A DNA stretch of 39,348 nucleotides, taken from the sequence record SRR33789315_111; one strand, 5' to 3'. This document shows, in pieces, positions 38,018 to 39,348 of this stretch (position 1 is the first letter of the stretch; every line of letters starts with the position of its first letter). Below the pieces are notes generated by a model that searched no databases, had not been told where the DNA came from, and saw nothing but the letters and a program-made list of their open reading frames with translations. Position numbers and translations under genes: made by a program.

Positions 38018-38943
38018 CAAATAAATAAAGGCAAAAAAGGAATGAGTAAAGAAAGCCATATTAACAGCTCTTTAAAAAGTAAGCCTTTGCTGCTTTCTAT
38101 ATATTTTGCAGCCATTATAGATAACGGAATTAACAAAAAATAAAAGGCATTGCCGTTATGCTCTCGAGCAAAAAATACTGCCAGAATTAATGCGGTAACA
38201 GCTATTGCAATTACAATTGTGTATACTGGTCTCATTTTCTTGAGTACTGTGCCAGTAAGGCCAATATATTTAATCAATGTCCAGATAAATAAGGATAAAA
38301 TAAAGGTGACGGGGATTAATAACTCTAGTCCACTATAGTTGCTGTACTCAAAACTAGGGTGATTATAATAAGAGCTAAAAAAGCTCCTAATTCCTTCAGT
38401 ATATAAGGCATAAGTGATGCATAACACGCTAAATATTAAAATGCTAACAAAAGGCACAAGATAAAGTTTGCGGTTACGTCCTGCATAAAAACTAACCGTA
38501 ATAAATACAGGAACTAAAAATAAAATACTCCAGAAATAAAATAGAGAAGCAATACAAACCCATAAAGTTGCGTCAAGTACTTTTTTAAGTGTGTCTTTTT
38601 GTGAATGTATACTAAGCATTCTTCTACTTGCTAATGCTATAAAAAGACCCGCTACTATTATAGCTTTATTTATAAATAAAGCGGGTAACATAAAGCTTAG
38701 TGTTACAAAAAAGAAGACTGCATAACTATTGTTAGCTGTTAATGTGTTGCGTTTAATGAAAAAATTGAGTGTTGCGACTGTCCAAAAGAATACAGCCAAA
38801 TACCCTATATTAAAAAAGATTTCTTGCCATCCTAATGGATGTTGATTGAACCAAAATCTGCTTAAAAAAAATAAGATTAGAACCAGAACAATGATAACAA
38901 TGTGGTTAATCGGTTTTGAAGCATTAAAAAATCTTGTTAGCAT
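38017..38943 (-). CDS. Multi-TM membrane protein (DUF6427-like)
   Basis: Hydrophobic throughout. FNASKPIN, RNTLT.NNSY and LASRRMLS...KK.LDA motifs. Confidence 0.7.
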   Translation of the reverse strand: MLTRFFNASKPINHIVIIVLVLILFFLSRFWFNQHPLGWQEIFFNIGYLAVFFWTVATLNFFIKRNTLTANNSYAVFFFVTLSFMLPALFINKAIIVAGLFIALASRRMLSIHSQKDTLKKVLDATLWVCIASLFYFWSILFLVPVFITVSFYAGRNRKLYLVPFVSILIFSVLCITYALYTEGIRSFFSSYYNHPSFEYSNYSGLELLIPVTFILSLFIWTLIKYIGLTGTVLKKMRPVYTIVIAIAVTALILAVFFAREHNGNAFYFLLIPLSIMAAKYIESSKGLLFKELLIWLSLLIPFLPLFI

Positions 38944-39021
38944 CGGCTATTTTACTATTTTTGTAGTGTCCATAACGTTTTAAAAGATAATTTTGGGCAC
39001 TACTTTGCAAAAGTACATTTT

Positions 39022-39279
39022 ATGAAACTTAGAGACTTATTTTACGGTATTCAGGATTTTTTTGTTAATACAGCCTTTGCACCTTTGGATGCTATTAGAA
39101 AATTACAGCTTGACAGCTGGTTTCTTGCCAATCTGTTGAACTGGATTTTTATGCTTATTGCTTTTGTTGCTTTCCTATATTGGATGAAAAAACTTAGTGA
39201 CTTCAATAAAAACAATGAAGAGGATCGTTCTGTAATGGCTCATGGTTTCTTAGGAACTTCTGTTGCCAAAAAGAAATAA
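39022..39279 (+). CDS. Small membrane protein (DUF6341-like)
   Basis: FYGIQ..F...AFAPLD..R...SWFLAN..NWIF...YW...AH pattern. Divergent from the DUF6427-like gene. Confidence 0.75.
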   Translation: MKLRDLFYGIQDFFVNTAFAPLDAIRKLQLDSWFLANLLNWIFMLIAFVAFLYWMKKLSDFNKNNEEDRSVMAHGFLGTSVAKKK

Positions 39280-39348
39280 TCCTTTTTCTTTATTAGTTTA
39301 GCTATTTATAGGTTTGAATTATAGGTCAAATCCTATATCTTTTCTATA

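Noticed and set aside
1423-38338. The many 60-116 aa ORFs antisense to or nested in long genes (e.g. 2413-2718, 14174-14449, 18731-19042, 26850-27200)
   Set aside because: All lie opposite or within well-supported genes, lack recognisable motifs, and look like codon-bias shadows.

Overview
AT-rich window from a Bacteroidota (Flavobacteriaceae-type) chromosome, judged from gldH, sprE, the atp operon lacking atpDC, TAnnTTTG -7 promoter elements and SD-less starts. It is mostly core genome: partial scoA, PBP1A, gldH, ricT/PSP1, trhO, recA, an ECF sigma/anti-sigma operon, plsC, trpS, dprA, an HU-like/SPOR protein, the flippase-dut-nucleotidyltransferase-TPR-DUF4292-envC cluster, atpBEFHAG, bactofilin, sprE, an ABC transporter and GT9. 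Two things stand out. (1) A non-coding layer around the ECF operon: the motif CGCAACCTTTTC-N9/10-CATC occurs in front of the ECF operon and again, on the opposite strand, in front of an unannotated ~200-nt structured unit ending in a strong terminator between trhO and recA. The operon's 3' end also carries a TTAGGTTAGTT-repeat element before its terminator. Together these suggest an ECF-controlled sRNA system coupled to a possibly trans-envelope anti-sigma factor. (2) An M.NlaIII-like (CATG) adenine methyltransferase paired with a PD-(D/E)xK-like protein that does not look like NlaIII, coupled by stop/start overlaps inside a housekeeping operon. No rRNA, tRNA, CRISPR array or IS was seen. All family assignments come from motif recognition and memory, not database searches.
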